Of a DNA stretch of 64,000 nt, positions 44,933 to 55,693 are shown piece by piece. The stretch lies in contig NZAZ01000108.1 of NCBI GenBank assembly GCA_002686255.1, positions 3,336-67,335 on the forward strand, written 5' to 3'. This DNA is from Rhodospirillaceae bacterium. GTDB lineage: Bacteria > Pseudomonadota > Alphaproteobacteria > Rhodospirillales > Casp-alpha2. A program made the translations under genes and the position numbers. The notes beneath the pieces were generated by a model. That model ran no database searches and was not told the origin of the DNA. It worked only from the letters and a program-made list of their open reading frames with translations. How positions within the stretch are numbered: position 1 is the stretch's first letter; each line of letters begins with the position of its first letter.

Positions 44933-45901
44933 TTATCTCCCGATCCGGGCCTTGAGACGTTCCGTCGCCTCGATCAGGGCCGTGCGGATGCCTGGTTCCA
45001 TGGCCGAATGTCCGGCGTCGGGAACGATGACGTATTCGGCCCCGGGCCAAAGGGCGGCCAGTTTGTCGGCGGTGACGATGGGGCAAATCATGTCGTAACG
45101 CCCCTGGACGATCACCGCGGGCAGGTCCTGGACCTTGGCGATGTTCTCCAATAGGTAATCATCGTTCAGGAACATCCCGTTGTTGAAATAATGGGCTTCG
45201 ATCCGGGCCAGCGCCAAGGACTGCGACCCGCCGCCGGAGGAAGCCCCGTCCTCGAAATTCGGCCGATGGATCGAACAGGATGTTTCGTACCGGTTCCAGG
45301 CTTCGGCGGCGGGAAGATGGATTTCGGGATCGGGGTCCGTCAGGCGGCGGTAATAGCCATTGAAGAGGTTTCCCCTTTCGTCCTCGGGCAGGAATTCGCT
45401 GAACGCCCGCCAGGCTTCCGGGAACACGGTCTGGATTCCGTTGAGGAACCAATCGAGTTCAGCCGCGGAGCCCAGAAAAATACCCCGCAGGACGAAACCG
45501 GCGCAACGATCGGGGTGCTCGATTCCATAGGCCAGCGCCAGGGTTGAGCCCCACGAGCCGCCGAAGACCATCCATCTGTCGATGCCAAGGTGCTGGCGGA
45601 GCGTTTCGATGTCTTCGATGAGATGTTGGGTGGTATTGTCCTCAAGCCCGGCATAGGGCTTCGAGCGTCGGGCGCCCCGTTGGTCGAAAACGACGATACG
45701 GTAGAATTTCGGGTCGAAAAAACGCCGATGCGCCGCATTGGCGCCGGCGCCGGGTCCGCCGTGCAGGAAAACCACCGGCACCCCGTCGGGGTTTCCCGAC
45801 TGTTCCCAATACATTTCATGGCCGCCGCCCAGCGACAGCATGCCTTCCCCGAAAGGCTCGATCTTGGGGAAAAGGGTTTGCTGGTCGGCGTGTGCGTCCA
45901 T
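44933..45901 (-). CDS. pip: Prolyl aminopeptidase (proline iminopeptidase)
   Basis: GNPDGVPVVFLHGGPGAG, nucleophile GGSWGSTLAL, C-terminal PDAGHSA. ATG 45901 preferred to 45916. Confidence 0.9.
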   Translation of the reverse strand: MDAHADQQTLFPKIEPFGEGMLSLGGGHEMYWEQSGNPDGVPVVFLHGGPGAGANAAHRRFFDPKFYRIVVFDQRGARRSKPYAGLEDNTTQHLIEDIETLRQHLGIDRWMVFGGSWGSTLALAYGIEHPDRCAGFVLRGIFLGSAAELDWFLNGIQTVFPEAWRAFSEFLPEDERGNLFNGYYRRLTDPDPEIHLPAAEAWNRYETSCSIHRPNFEDGASSGGGSQSLALARIEAHYFNNGMFLNDDYLLENIAKVQDLPAVIVQGRYDMICPIVTADKLAALWPGAEYVIVPDAGHSAMEPGIRTALIEATERLKARIGR

Positions 45902-45923
45902 GGCGGGCGGCCCCAAAATCCGG

Positions 45924-46261
45924 TTACAGGGTTCCGTCGATAACGTAGGCCAACAACTTTACCACCTGTTCGGGCGTTTGGGCGACCGCCAGCGCGACGC
46001 CATCGACTTCTTTTAAGGGGTGGGTCAGGTCCGGGGCATGAATGGTGATGACCGGCTTGCCCAAGGCGGCGGCGAACCCGGGGCTGAAAGGCGGCATTCC
46101 ATTGCTTGTATTTGTCGCCGAACCGGACGATCACCATGTCGGATTTTTTGATCATCGACCGGGTGCGGATGGCGTTGACCTTGGCGCCCTTGTGGTCCTT
46201 CCAGAAACTATCGTCCTCGGCGCCCAGTTTTCTTGTTTCATATTTTTCATCCCTTGTTTCG
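45924..46261 (-). pseudogene. YtoQ-family gene remnant (N-terminally truncated and frameshifted)
   Basis: LGAEDDSFWKDHKGAKVNAIRTRS...VIVRFGDKYKQWNAAFQP is in one frame. GFAAALGKPVITIHAPDLTHPLKEVDGVALAVAQTPEQVVKLLAYVIDGTL* is in the next. The shift is at the G4 run 46080-46083. The first ~40 family residues are absent. Confidence 0.55.
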
Positions 46262-47134
46262 TTACCCTCGATCCTTCGGCGCCGGAAATTGCCGGTCCAC
46301 GCCCTGGACAATCTCTATGTAATCCGGGTCTTCGGGGGTGATAAAACCCCATCGGACGAGAAAATCAATAACCACCAGGGCACAGTTGAATTTGAAATCA
46401 TCCCCCTTGGCCAGGGTGTCCATGACCTGCGCCATCGGCCACAGGAAAAAAACCTCCACCTCGCCGTCCGTATTCGCGGGCTCGAAGCCGGCCGGCAGCT
46501 CCAGGTCGTAATTGAAAAGCACGTCGTCGCGAAGCCCTTCCTCGCGCCCGGTCATATAAGAAACCGTCCCCACCGGCCGGGCAGTGGCGGCCAGGGCCGC
46601 CGGGATGCCGGCTTCTTCTCCGCATTCCTTGATCATGTTGTCCGACAGCGACACCCCCGCCGGCTGCCCCCCGGCGACGATCTGATCCAGCTTGCCAGGG
46701 CCAGTCGGTTTGTCGAGGCTGCGCTTGCCGATCCACATCTTGATCCCGGCTCCGTCGCGGACAAAGCCATTGACGTGGACGCCATAACCCTTGACTCCGA
46801 ACAACGGCACGGCGGCGCGTTCCATGGTCAACAATGACGGGGCCGAAAACGCGGAGCCCACCGGATAGGCCTCGTCCCGCCAGCCGGGGATGTGGCCGCC
46901 GCCGCGAAGCGCCTCCAGGACCCCGGCCATGGCCTCGGTCCGTTGGCCGGGGTCCTTAAGCCCCTCGTTCATGGTTACGGAGTGTTCGGAAATATCGAAG
47001 ACGTCGGCGAAAGGCCGAAGCAGGCCGGCGACGGCCTCGTCGATCCTGCCCACGGCGGCGCCGCCGACGATAAAGGGGCGGTAGCGGCCGGGCTCGAAAC
47101 GGGCGCAATCCCGGATGCGGTCGACAAGGCTCAC
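46262..47134 (-). CDS. NUDIX hydrolase with N-terminal DUF-type domain
   Basis: 290 aa. NUDIX box region GGQPAGVSLSDNMIKECGEEAGI. Confidence 0.8.
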   Translation of the reverse strand: MSLVDRIRDCARFEPGRYRPFIVGGAAVGRIDEAVAGLLRPFADVFDISEHSVTMNEGLKDPGQRTEAMAGVLEALRGGGHIPGWRDEAYPVGSAFSAPSLLTMERAAVPLFGVKGYGVHVNGFVRDGAGIKMWIGKRSLDKPTGPGKLDQIVAGGQPAGVSLSDNMIKECGEEAGIPAALAATARPVGTVSYMTGREEGLRDDVLFNYDLELPAGFEPANTDGEVEVFFLWPMAQVMDTLAKGDDFKFNCALVVIDFLVRWGFITPEDPDYIEIVQGVDRQFPAPKDRG

Positions 47135-47156
47135 CCGATTTCCTTTCGCAAGGGGT

Positions 47157-47456
47157 TCACGCGGATTTAAGCACGCGTTTCTCCGATGTCAGTACCGATT
47201 GCACCGAGACCACTTGGCGCAAGGAATGGGCCAGGCGCTTGGCAAGCTCCCTGTCGGTATCGGCAAGCTGGATATCGATATGGATCTCCCCGTCCCTTGG
47301 GCCGGCGACGGCGCTCAGCCAACGGTCGGGTATCAGCCCGCGCTTGGCGAATATCTCCAACACGCGGGGCATCGTTCCCGGCTCGGCGGTGGCGATAACG
47401 GAGAAACAGGCGGTTTGGCGGCGTTGAACGGGTAAAGACCCGGATAAGGCGGTCAT
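47157..47456 (-). CDS. Small ACT-domain-like hypothetical protein
   Basis: Start set to ATG 47456. 99 aa. The FSVIATAEPGTMPRVLEIFAKRGL...IHIDIQL pattern resembles ACT/regulatory small subunits. Confidence 0.45.
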   Translation of the reverse strand: MTALSGSLPVQRRQTACFSVIATAEPGTMPRVLEIFAKRGLIPDRWLSAVAGPRDGEIHIDIQLADTDRELAKRLAHSLRQVVSVQSVLTSEKRVLKSA

Positions 47457-47644
47457 GAGACGCACCTCCCTTCCTTGAAACGGTGACAGACGACGGGGGT
47501 TCCCGGTCCTCAAAAAGAGGCCGGGCCGGTAATTCGCCGAATGCCGAGCGGCAAGGAAACGGAGATCGGTTCCATAACGGGGGCGATCTTAGCCCCCGGG
47601 CCTTTCAGGTCAAGGGCCGCAATGCGCCGCCGAAGGCCGACCGT

Positions 47645-48004
47645 TCAGGCGGCGGCGGTATTCTTGTCCTTGAGGTTCTTGACGTAGGCCCGTTCGCAAT
47701 GGTGGGAGCAATAGGGTTTTTCCGGGACGATGGGTTCGCCGCAGAAACGGAAATCCTCTTTTCCCGGCTCGCCTTCCGGCCAGCAGCACATGCCGGCACG
47801 AAGCGCCTCGAGGCTGATGATCTGGGCCGGTTTCGGCTTTTGCCGGATCGGCGACCCCCGTTTCGGAAGCCCCAGGCGGTGAACCTTGCCGACGACGGCG
47901 TTCTTGGTAACACCGAGCCGTTCACCGATGGCGCTGGTGGTGAGGCCCTCGTCCCACAAGGCAATGAGGATGCTGATGCGTGTTGGCGTCCATTCTTCTG
48001 ACAT
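47645..48004 (-). CDS. gcrA: GcrA family cell-cycle regulator
   Basis: 119 aa. WTPTRISILIALWDEGLTTSAIGERLGVTKNAVVGKVHRLGL N-domain and C-terminal CCWP...FCGEP...YCSHHCERAY. Confidence 0.9.
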   Translation of the reverse strand: MSEEWTPTRISILIALWDEGLTTSAIGERLGVTKNAVVGKVHRLGLPKRGSPIRQKPKPAQIISLEALRAGMCCWPEGEPGKEDFRFCGEPIVPEKPYCSHHCERAYVKNLKDKNTAAA

Positions 48005-48299
48005 GTTTGTTTTTCGGCGCTTTATCGCTGGCGATTCCAGGGTCTGCCTACGTTTCGCGGTCGAAGCCTCCTTGTTCTGTGTTCAAAAACGGAGTTCAGG
48101 GAACCGATCGACAAATACTATATTTGCTAAATTCGGGCAATAGCCACACCATATATTGTGTGGATAAGTGGTATTTTTTCTTTTCGGCGGCATTTTTTTC
48201 GCACTTGCACAAATTTCACCGCCCAAGAAGCGGCGGGTTTGCCCTATACTCCGCAATCTGGAAGCCCGAAGGGCTTGAACGACGCTCTTGAGAACCGAG

Positions 48300-50474
<2,175 letters not shown>

Positions 50475-50510
50475 CCTTTTCGAACGCCTGATCCAGAAAC
50501 GGAAAAAGAA

Positions 50511-50545
50511 AAAGGCCATCCCGACTTCAAATCGGAATGGCCTTT
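50511..50545. terminator. Bidirectional rho-independent terminator shared by scpA and the ArfA-like ORF
   Basis: AAAGGCCATCCCGA (50511-50524) pairs with TCGGAATGGCCTTT (50532-50545). TTTATGTTT follows on the plus strand and TTTTTCTTTTTCC on the minus strand. Confidence 0.75.
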
Positions 50546-50685
50546 ATGTTTCGGGCGGCGCTTGTAGCCTTTTGCCGAAGGCACCACTTGGGGGCGTAGC
50601 CTTCGAACCACCCGGGCGACGGGGTTCCGCCGCCGGATTTTTCGTTTCTTCATGACCCGGCCCTCCTTTCTTAGGCACGCGTTGA

Positions 50686-50772
50686 CGGGCAGGGGTTATA
50701 GCGGAAAGGGGGAGTCGCCGTCTACCCTCACCCGCAAAACGTCCGGTGTTTCTCGTTGTGCCGGGCGATTTT
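50686..50772. repeat. 87-bp direct repeat, left copy (partner 51834-51920)
   Basis: Aligned by eye with about 7 mismatches. Weaker homology continues to the SD plus ATGAAGAAA at 50644-50670 versus 51794-51820. Confidence 0.85.
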
Positions 50773-51608
50773 CACCAACCAGGGCTTGGTTTAAAAATTT
50801 GATTCCCGTTTGGTTTGATTATTGGATTAGGGAATTGGGAGTTTCCCAACATTGTTTTACTGATATGCCGCGTATGAGTTGCAACGGCGGACAATTGGGG
50901 CGCTGCAGGATAATTTGCATCAGGACAAGCTAGGGTAACGGGCAACCCCCTTTCTACGGCTACAATCTCTATTGGTGTTTTTAGGTCAGTATCGTTTGTG
51001 ATAACCAGTGCTTCTATGAAGTGCCCATGCCAAGCATCGTTTAGTAGATGGGATGCTAGATTAACGTCTGAGCCCTTTTCTTCCATTGTATGGACTTCTG
51101 TTACTACGGCATCGGGCAAAGGCCTGGCAATCCGCCTTCGTCTTCGTTGTCCTGGCGGGGGGTAGCCTCCAACCACCAAACTTTGATTGGGCGCACCAGT
51201 AACAGTATGTGTCCCCGGGGGAATTGTTACGGGGTTCGGGGAGTTAATAAGGCGGTTTTTAATTGGTAAATTGATTATTGGCCGCCAAATTGTTTTCGCT
51301 AGAAATCCACCAAAATATGTTTCGATTTCCTACACAGTATCAAGAGCATTGAGATAGACTTGTTGGCGGCGAGGCGCATCAGGGTCAATAGCGCCTGAGA
51401 CTCGGGCCGTAAAATATTTTACTTTCTCAATGTTGCGCCCCTGCGGGAGTATTTCTTCCGACAATGTTTTCAGATTCAACCAACGATACGGTCGCCCCTT
51501 TAAGGCGCCGTAGTAAAGATTGAATCCATCAACGTATACCCAGACCCCCATGCCTTCCCCCCGAATGGCAAGGGCCGCTCCGGAGAGCGGCCCCTGTGCT
51601 AACAGCAC
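50772..51608 (-). pseudogene. NYN/PIN-like (LabA-type) nuclease-domain gene interrupted by one in-frame amber codon
   Basis: ORFs 51330-51608 and 50772-51179 are in the same frame. I translated the gap without further stops. The single TAG is at 51330-51332. Motifs VYVDGFNLYYG and EEKGSDVNLASHLL...VITNDTDL. Visibly AT-richer DNA. Confidence 0.7.
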
Positions 51609-51833
51609 GCTGCTAGCGGGTAATATTCAAATAATATATACCTTTTCCGGGAAAAACTCAATATTTCTCTTGACATTTAGAACAAAACGAGTCCGGCTGG
51701 ATGGGCCGCAATATATTGAAATATTTGATTTTTTTTATCGAATCGCCCGAGAGATATTAAAAATCCTGAGATTGAGTCATTAGTGTCACACATTTTCTTC
51801 ATCAGAACCTCCTCCGTTTCCGGTTTCGGTGTC

Positions 51834-51920
51834 CGGGCAGGGGTTATAGCGGAAAGAGGGAGTCGCCGTCCACCCTCACCCACAAAACGTCCGGTGTTTC
51901 TCGTTATGCCGCGCGATCTT
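51834..51920. repeat. 87-bp direct repeat, right copy (3' end of the lipoprotein gene)
   Basis: See the left copy. Confidence 0.85.
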
Positions 51921-52100
51921 GATTAAATCTTCGCGGACGTGGCCGGGCCACGGCGACAACGCCCCGAGCCATGCCTTGGTCGGCTCGCTGAACTTTATCG
52001 GCCGCGCCCACGCGCAATCCACGTCGACGCTGACCGGGATGCTACAGGCGGTCAAGAATATCGCGGTCGCGATCAGGCACAGGCGCATTGTCGATCTCAT
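51876..52100 (-). CDS. Phage lysis lipoprotein, o-spanin (Rz1)-like
   Basis: 74 aa. Lipobox IFLTAC. Overlaps the 3' end of the upstream coiled-coil gene in another frame, as overlapped spanin pairs do. Confidence 0.5.
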   Translation of the reverse strand: MRSTMRLCLIATAIFLTACSIPVSVDVDCAWARPIKFSEPTKAWLGALSPWPGHVREDLIKIARHNEKHRTFCG

Positions 52101-52251
52101 CGGCTTTCCTCCGGACGGATTTTTGACGTCTGAGCGTTTCCAGTTCGGCCTTCTCCGCCCCCTGGCGGCGGAGGCCGTTGTCGCGGGCCCATCCGGCGAT
52201 CAGGTTGAACGCCCGGATAAGGCCCGCGACGATATCGGCCCAGCCCGTCAT
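52042..52251 (-). CDS. Phage lysis protein, i-spanin (Rz)-like
   Basis: 69 aa. N-terminal hydrophobic helix ADIVAGLIRAFNLIAGWA, then a charged coiled-coil-like segment. ATGA overlap with the holin-like gene. Confidence 0.45.
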   Translation of the reverse strand: MTGWADIVAGLIRAFNLIAGWARDNGLRRQGAEKAELETLRRQKSVRRKADEIDNAPVPDRDRDILDRL

Positions 52252-52433
52252 CGGCCGGCGGCGATGCCCTTGCGCAGGAAGGCGACGCTGATCAGCGGCC
52301 AGACGACCTGGAACGCCTCGATGAGGTTCATGTCGCCGACCAGATAGGCGCCGAGCGCGCCGACGATACCGGTGATGGCGGTGATGTAGGTCTTCTTGCC
52401 GGCCAAAAAGCCGCCGGTGGAAATGTCGCTCAT
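52248..52433 (-). CDS. Holin-like small membrane protein
   Basis: Start set to ATG 52433 (AAGGAGAAACACC upstream). 61 aa with two TM helices and a basic C-terminus. Confidence 0.45.
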   Translation of the reverse strand: MSDISTGGFLAGKKTYITAITGIVGALGAYLVGDMNLIEAFQVVWPLISVAFLRKGIAAGR

Positions 52434-52460
52434 GGTGTTTCTCCTTGGGGTCTTGGGTTG

Positions 52461-52487
52461 CAAAGAAAAACCCGGAAAGCCCGGGTT
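52461..52487 (-). terminator. Rho-independent terminator downstream of the inserted cassette
   Basis: On the minus strand: AACCCGG-GCTTT-CCGGGTT followed by TTTCTTTG. Confidence 0.55.
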
Positions 52488-52511
52488 GGTGGAAGTTCCA
52501 GAATGTCGGGG

Positions 52512-52576
52512 GCCGTCATTCGATGTCGTTGTAGAACCGGTGCCGGCCGATCCCGGCCGACGGCGGGGCCGGTCCT
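52512..52576. repeat. 65-bp direct repeat: orphan copy of the 3' end of the SleB-like hydrolase gene (partner 55729-55791)
   Basis: The first 40 nt are identical (GCCGTCATTCGATGTCGTTGTAGAACCGGTGCCGGCCGAT), then it diverges with a 2-nt indel. Encodes ...IGRHRFYNDIE* without a gene body. Confidence 0.85.
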
Positions 52577-52602
52577 AAGCCGTGTTCTTCGGGCTGGTCG
52601 TG

Positions 52603-54186
52603 TTACCCGGCGATGTCCTTGAGGGCTTTTGCGATTTGCCGGATCAGGGCAATAGGGATGCGTCGGCGGCGATCGACGTAGTTCTTGATTGCTCGAAGCC
52701 CTTCGGCGTCGTTCCGGCGCAGAAGATGGTCGAGACCACATGCCTCGATCAGCTTCGCACGGCGGTTCGCGTTTCGGGCCGTTGCAAGTAACCGCCTGGC
52801 GTCGCCGGGCGGCACCTGAATGTCGTTTTGCCCCTGCACGATGAGAAGCGGCGCAGAACCCGCCCCCACCAATCCGCAAGGATCCAGGTCAAGTATGCTT
52901 TTCAACAGTCCGCGTTGGCGTTTGAACGGAAGAATCTCGACCGGAACGGTTTCGTCCGTCCATTCGGCGTCTGTTTCCAACGCCGTGATAAATACTTTCC
53001 TGAGCCGGGCAGCCTCGCGTTTCGAGCTATCCGGGACATCCATGTGCCTGGCAAACCATGAATGCTGTATCGCGGTTGTGTTCCGGAGTGTCCCCCCCGG
53101 CGTATTCAGGACGACCGCACCTGCGAGATCACTGCGGACGGCGGAAAGCCGGAGGGCCACCAGCCCGCCCAAGCTGTGTCCTATGATGACTTTGGGCATT
53201 CCTTTTGCCCACGCCTCGCCGTCAAGCCAGTCCAGCCATGCCGCGGCGCCCCGACACAGGGCGCCAAAATCAATTGCTTCCTCGGCCGTGGCGAGATCAC
53301 CGGTCCCTTTTGGAAACCTCTCGTAACGGATGGTTGCAATGCCCTCTATAGCGAGACCGTCCAAAAGCCGGTGGTAGCCAAGGTCGATCTGAGACGTGAA
53401 TCCGTGCCGATTGAAGATGCCGGTGCCGCCGACAAACACGCAAACGGTATTTGTTTGAGTTGGTTTCTTGGGCCGGGCGATGGTTGCCTCGGTTTCACGG
53501 CCGCTTACGGTGAGGGTTGTTTCCTTGGTTTTGATGTCCTTGTAGGGAACATATCGGAACCGGGGAGACGCCAGTGGCGACGGCCAACGGGGAATCCGCC
53601 GGCGCGCCCGATAGGCGTGGAATAAAGGCGTCTTGAGCGTGACTTCTGAAACCACGCCGTCGTCTCCCCGCGAATAGGTCTCGCCAAGATTGGTAACGTA
53701 TCCATGGTCAGAAGCCGTCACTTCTAACGGAAGCGTGACGGCGTTGTCCGCGATGACGGCATTGTACCGATGTCTGGTTTCGGGCGGATGCAGGAGCAGA
53801 AGATAGGCCGCCAGAGGGAACATGTTGTTTTCGAGAACGAAGTCGATCGGAGCGTTCAGCCGTCTTTTGTCGGACCCAATTATCAGGTGCTTTTTCGATA
53901 TCAAGAACCTAAGCGCGTTGCCGTTCGAGTCCTCGACAAACGCCTCCCTTGGATGGCCCGCTGGGGACAGCTTATAAATCGAATGCTTTCGATATCCTCT
54001 CAATCCTATGGCGCCTACATCCTGCATCCGCTGGAAGCATTCGATGACGACTTCATCCGCCGCTGCTGCCGGGATATTTGGGTAACTTCGAAGGACAGCC
54101 CAAGAAGTGCCGACTCGATCACCTTTGAAAAAGATGTCGTGACAAATGGACTTTGGGGCCGTCCGCCAGTCGAATGCGCTCGTCAT
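52603..54186 (-). CDS. Two-domain protein: unknown N-domain (~230 aa) plus alpha/beta-hydrolase
   Basis: 527 aa. Nucleophile elbow GHSLGG, acid region VQGQNDIQVP, His region CGLDHLL. Overlaps the rSAM stop by 4 nt. Confidence 0.7.
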   Translation of the reverse strand: MTSAFDWRTAPKSICHDIFFKGDRVGTSWAVLRSYPNIPAAAADEVVIECFQRMQDVGAIGLRGYRKHSIYKLSPAGHPREAFVEDSNGNALRFLISKKHLIIGSDKRRLNAPIDFVLENNMFPLAAYLLLLHPPETRHRYNAVIADNAVTLPLEVTASDHGYVTNLGETYSRGDDGVVSEVTLKTPLFHAYRARRRIPRWPSPLASPRFRYVPYKDIKTKETTLTVSGRETEATIARPKKPTQTNTVCVFVGGTGIFNRHGFTSQIDLGYHRLLDGLAIEGIATIRYERFPKGTGDLATAEEAIDFGALCRGAAAWLDWLDGEAWAKGMPKVIIGHSLGGLVALRLSAVRSDLAGAVVLNTPGGTLRNTTAIQHSWFARHMDVPDSSKREAARLRKVFITALETDAEWTDETVPVEILPFKRQRGLLKSILDLDPCGLVGAGSAPLLIVQGQNDIQVPPGDARRLLATARNANRRAKLIEACGLDHLLRRNDAEGLRAIKNYVDRRRRIPIALIRQIAKALKDIAG

Positions 54187-55247
54187 GCGGCCTCTTGATT
54201 GTGTTTTGCCACTTTCATTCGGCGCCGTATAACAACCGGTCCGAACGCGGAAACATGCTCCCGCAAAGCCAAAATCGCATCTGGATTCTTAACGACCGAA
54301 CGGCAAATCTCACAGACCGATCCAAATTTTTTTGAAAATGACACGTCAGGCGCGACCTTTTTTACAATCTTCATTAGAAAAAGCGGGCCGAAATAGGCGA
54401 TAGCGTTGATAATAACATCGTTGTTGGCCTTTTCTATTAATCGTGCGGCATTCGTTGTTCGTACGTCGCCAAAATCGAGAACCTCATTTCCATCCAATTC
54501 AAATCCACAACACGCAAGAAGACTACCCCTAGCCGAAAGGGCGGCATTCCGGATTGCGTAAGGACAAGGGGCGTTGAGACGAGAAATGTCACTCATTAGG
54601 TGAAAATCAGAATCCGAAAGAGTGGCCGCCCCGCGTTCAAGACGTTGAAGTTGGGAGTTGGAAATCGCGTAATAAGTCCCGTCGGCATCTGCAGCGGGCG
54701 CGACATGTTCAATGCCGTCCTCATCGAAACGAAGGGGCACCCGTTCACCGATACGTTTCTTAATGCATTCAGGCGTGATCTGGCTGCTTGGACCGACGCT
54801 GTTGGCAATCACCACCGAGTCAAAAACCATTTCCTTCGCGGCCGACCAGGCGTTGACAACGTTCTCGAATGGAATAAACGGGAGGTGATAATCATCTGTA
54901 CTGATATTAAGCTCTCGTAATCCGTCAGCCTTTAAGCGTTTCAGAACGCGGCGTGCGGTGCTGGGGGTTTTCGCCCACGAGGCGTTTGTCACAAGACGGG
55001 TCGAAATGCCGATTTCCGAACAATGCCGAATTGATTGCCGGAGGGCGTCCTTCACCAGTGTAGGCTCTCCACCCGCAAAGACGACTGTGAGAAGAGGACT
55101 GATATCGTTCAATTCGTCGATGGTTTTCCGAATAACTGGAAAATCAAGGCGTTCAGACCGGTCCGGACCGGAGTTCATGCAACAATGTGCGCATTTTGCC
55201 GTGCACCGGTTCGTCATGAGAACCGTCAAAATATACGGCATTAGCAT
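54183..55247 (-). CDS. Radical SAM enzyme with twitch/partial-SPASM auxiliary-cluster domain (peptide-modifying type)
   Basis: 354 aa. CTAKCAHC (CxxxCxxC) at residues 15-22, GGEPTL. C-terminal C-x12-G-x4-C (CPYAIRNAALSARGSLLAC) plus CEIC. No N-terminal RRE-size extension. Confidence 0.8.
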   Translation of the reverse strand: MLMPYILTVLMTNRCTAKCAHCCMNSGPDRSERLDFPVIRKTIDELNDISPLLTVVFAGGEPTLVKDALRQSIRHCSEIGISTRLVTNASWAKTPSTARRVLKRLKADGLRELNISTDDYHLPFIPFENVVNAWSAAKEMVFDSVVIANSVGPSSQITPECIKKRIGERVPLRFDEDGIEHVAPAADADGTYYAISNSQLQRLERGAATLSDSDFHLMSDISRLNAPCPYAIRNAALSARGSLLACCGFELDGNEVLDFGDVRTTNAARLIEKANNDVIINAIAYFGPLFLMKIVKKVAPDVSFSKKFGSVCEICRSVVKNPDAILALREHVSAFGPVVIRRRMKVAKHNQEAA

Positions 55248-55258
55248 CGAAATCCCTC

Positions 55259-55480
55259 TTAAAACCGCCGACCAAATGAATTACGGCCATGTCCTGCAAC
55301 AGTCACTGAGATAGCGGCTGCTGCGACCACGGTGACGGCGGCGGCGACATTAATACCTACAGCCGCATTCACCGTGGCAACCGCATTGACATTGCTTACA
55401 ACGTTTGGGGAAGCTGCGCCGGGATTACCGCTATCGTCGTCCTGGTCCTCATCTTTGTCGGTGAGGAGTGAAGCGATCAT
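55259..55480 (-). CDS. Candidate precursor peptide: acidic leader plus Val/Ala/Asn-rich core
   Basis: 73 aa: MIASLLTDKDEDQDDDSGNPGAASP-NVVSNVNAVATVNAAVGINVAAAVTVVAAAAISVTVAG-HGRNSFGRRF. Its stop is 11 nt before the rSAM start. Confidence 0.5.
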   Translation of the reverse strand: MIASLLTDKDEDQDDDSGNPGAASPNVVSNVNAVATVNAAVGINVAAAVTVVAAAAISVTVAGHGRNSFGRRF

Positions 55481-55555
55481 GCGTTCCGTCGGCCCTTCGG
55501 GCTTTATTATGCCGTCGCGATTGAGACCGGTAGCGGACTGTAACGATTGAATGGC

Positions 55556-55693
55556 TCAGATCATCTCCATTGTGGGGGTGCTGTCGACCGGGCCTCTGAA
55601 AAAACCGAGTCGTCTCAACGCTGATTTAGTCCGAAGCACGTCATCAATATCAGCATTCGCTGAAGGGTCGATGGGTCTATTTAAAACAAACAT
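55556..55693 (-). pseudogene. PG_binding_1-like domain fragment, in frame with the peptide ORF across a single TGA
   Basis: A 45-codon ORF below the track threshold (MFVLNRPIDPSANADIDDVLRTKSALRRLGFFRGPVDSTPTMEMI*). After TGA 55556-55558 the same frame continues AIQSLQSATGLNRDGIIKPEGPTERM-IASLL... Confidence 0.45.

Noticed and set aside
45340-46311. 323-aa minus-strand ORF spanning pip and the upstream region.
   Set aside because: It is a chimera. Only its first ~75 residues are protein-like (the YtoQ remnant). The rest is an out-of-frame read over the prolyl aminopeptidase gene.
51677-51883. 68-aa ORF upstream of the NYN gene.
   Set aside because: Its only SD-linked start (ATG 51802) is a duplicated copy of the arfA-like initiation region reading into foreign AT-rich DNA. 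It is most likely an accidental chimeric ORF created by the insertion.
55556-55558. The in-frame TGA could encode selenocysteine.
   Set aside because: No convincing SECIS-like hairpin lies immediately downstream. The position falls in a non-catalytic PG-binding-type helix where Sec would make no sense. A nonsense mutation, read-through or sequencing error is more plausible.
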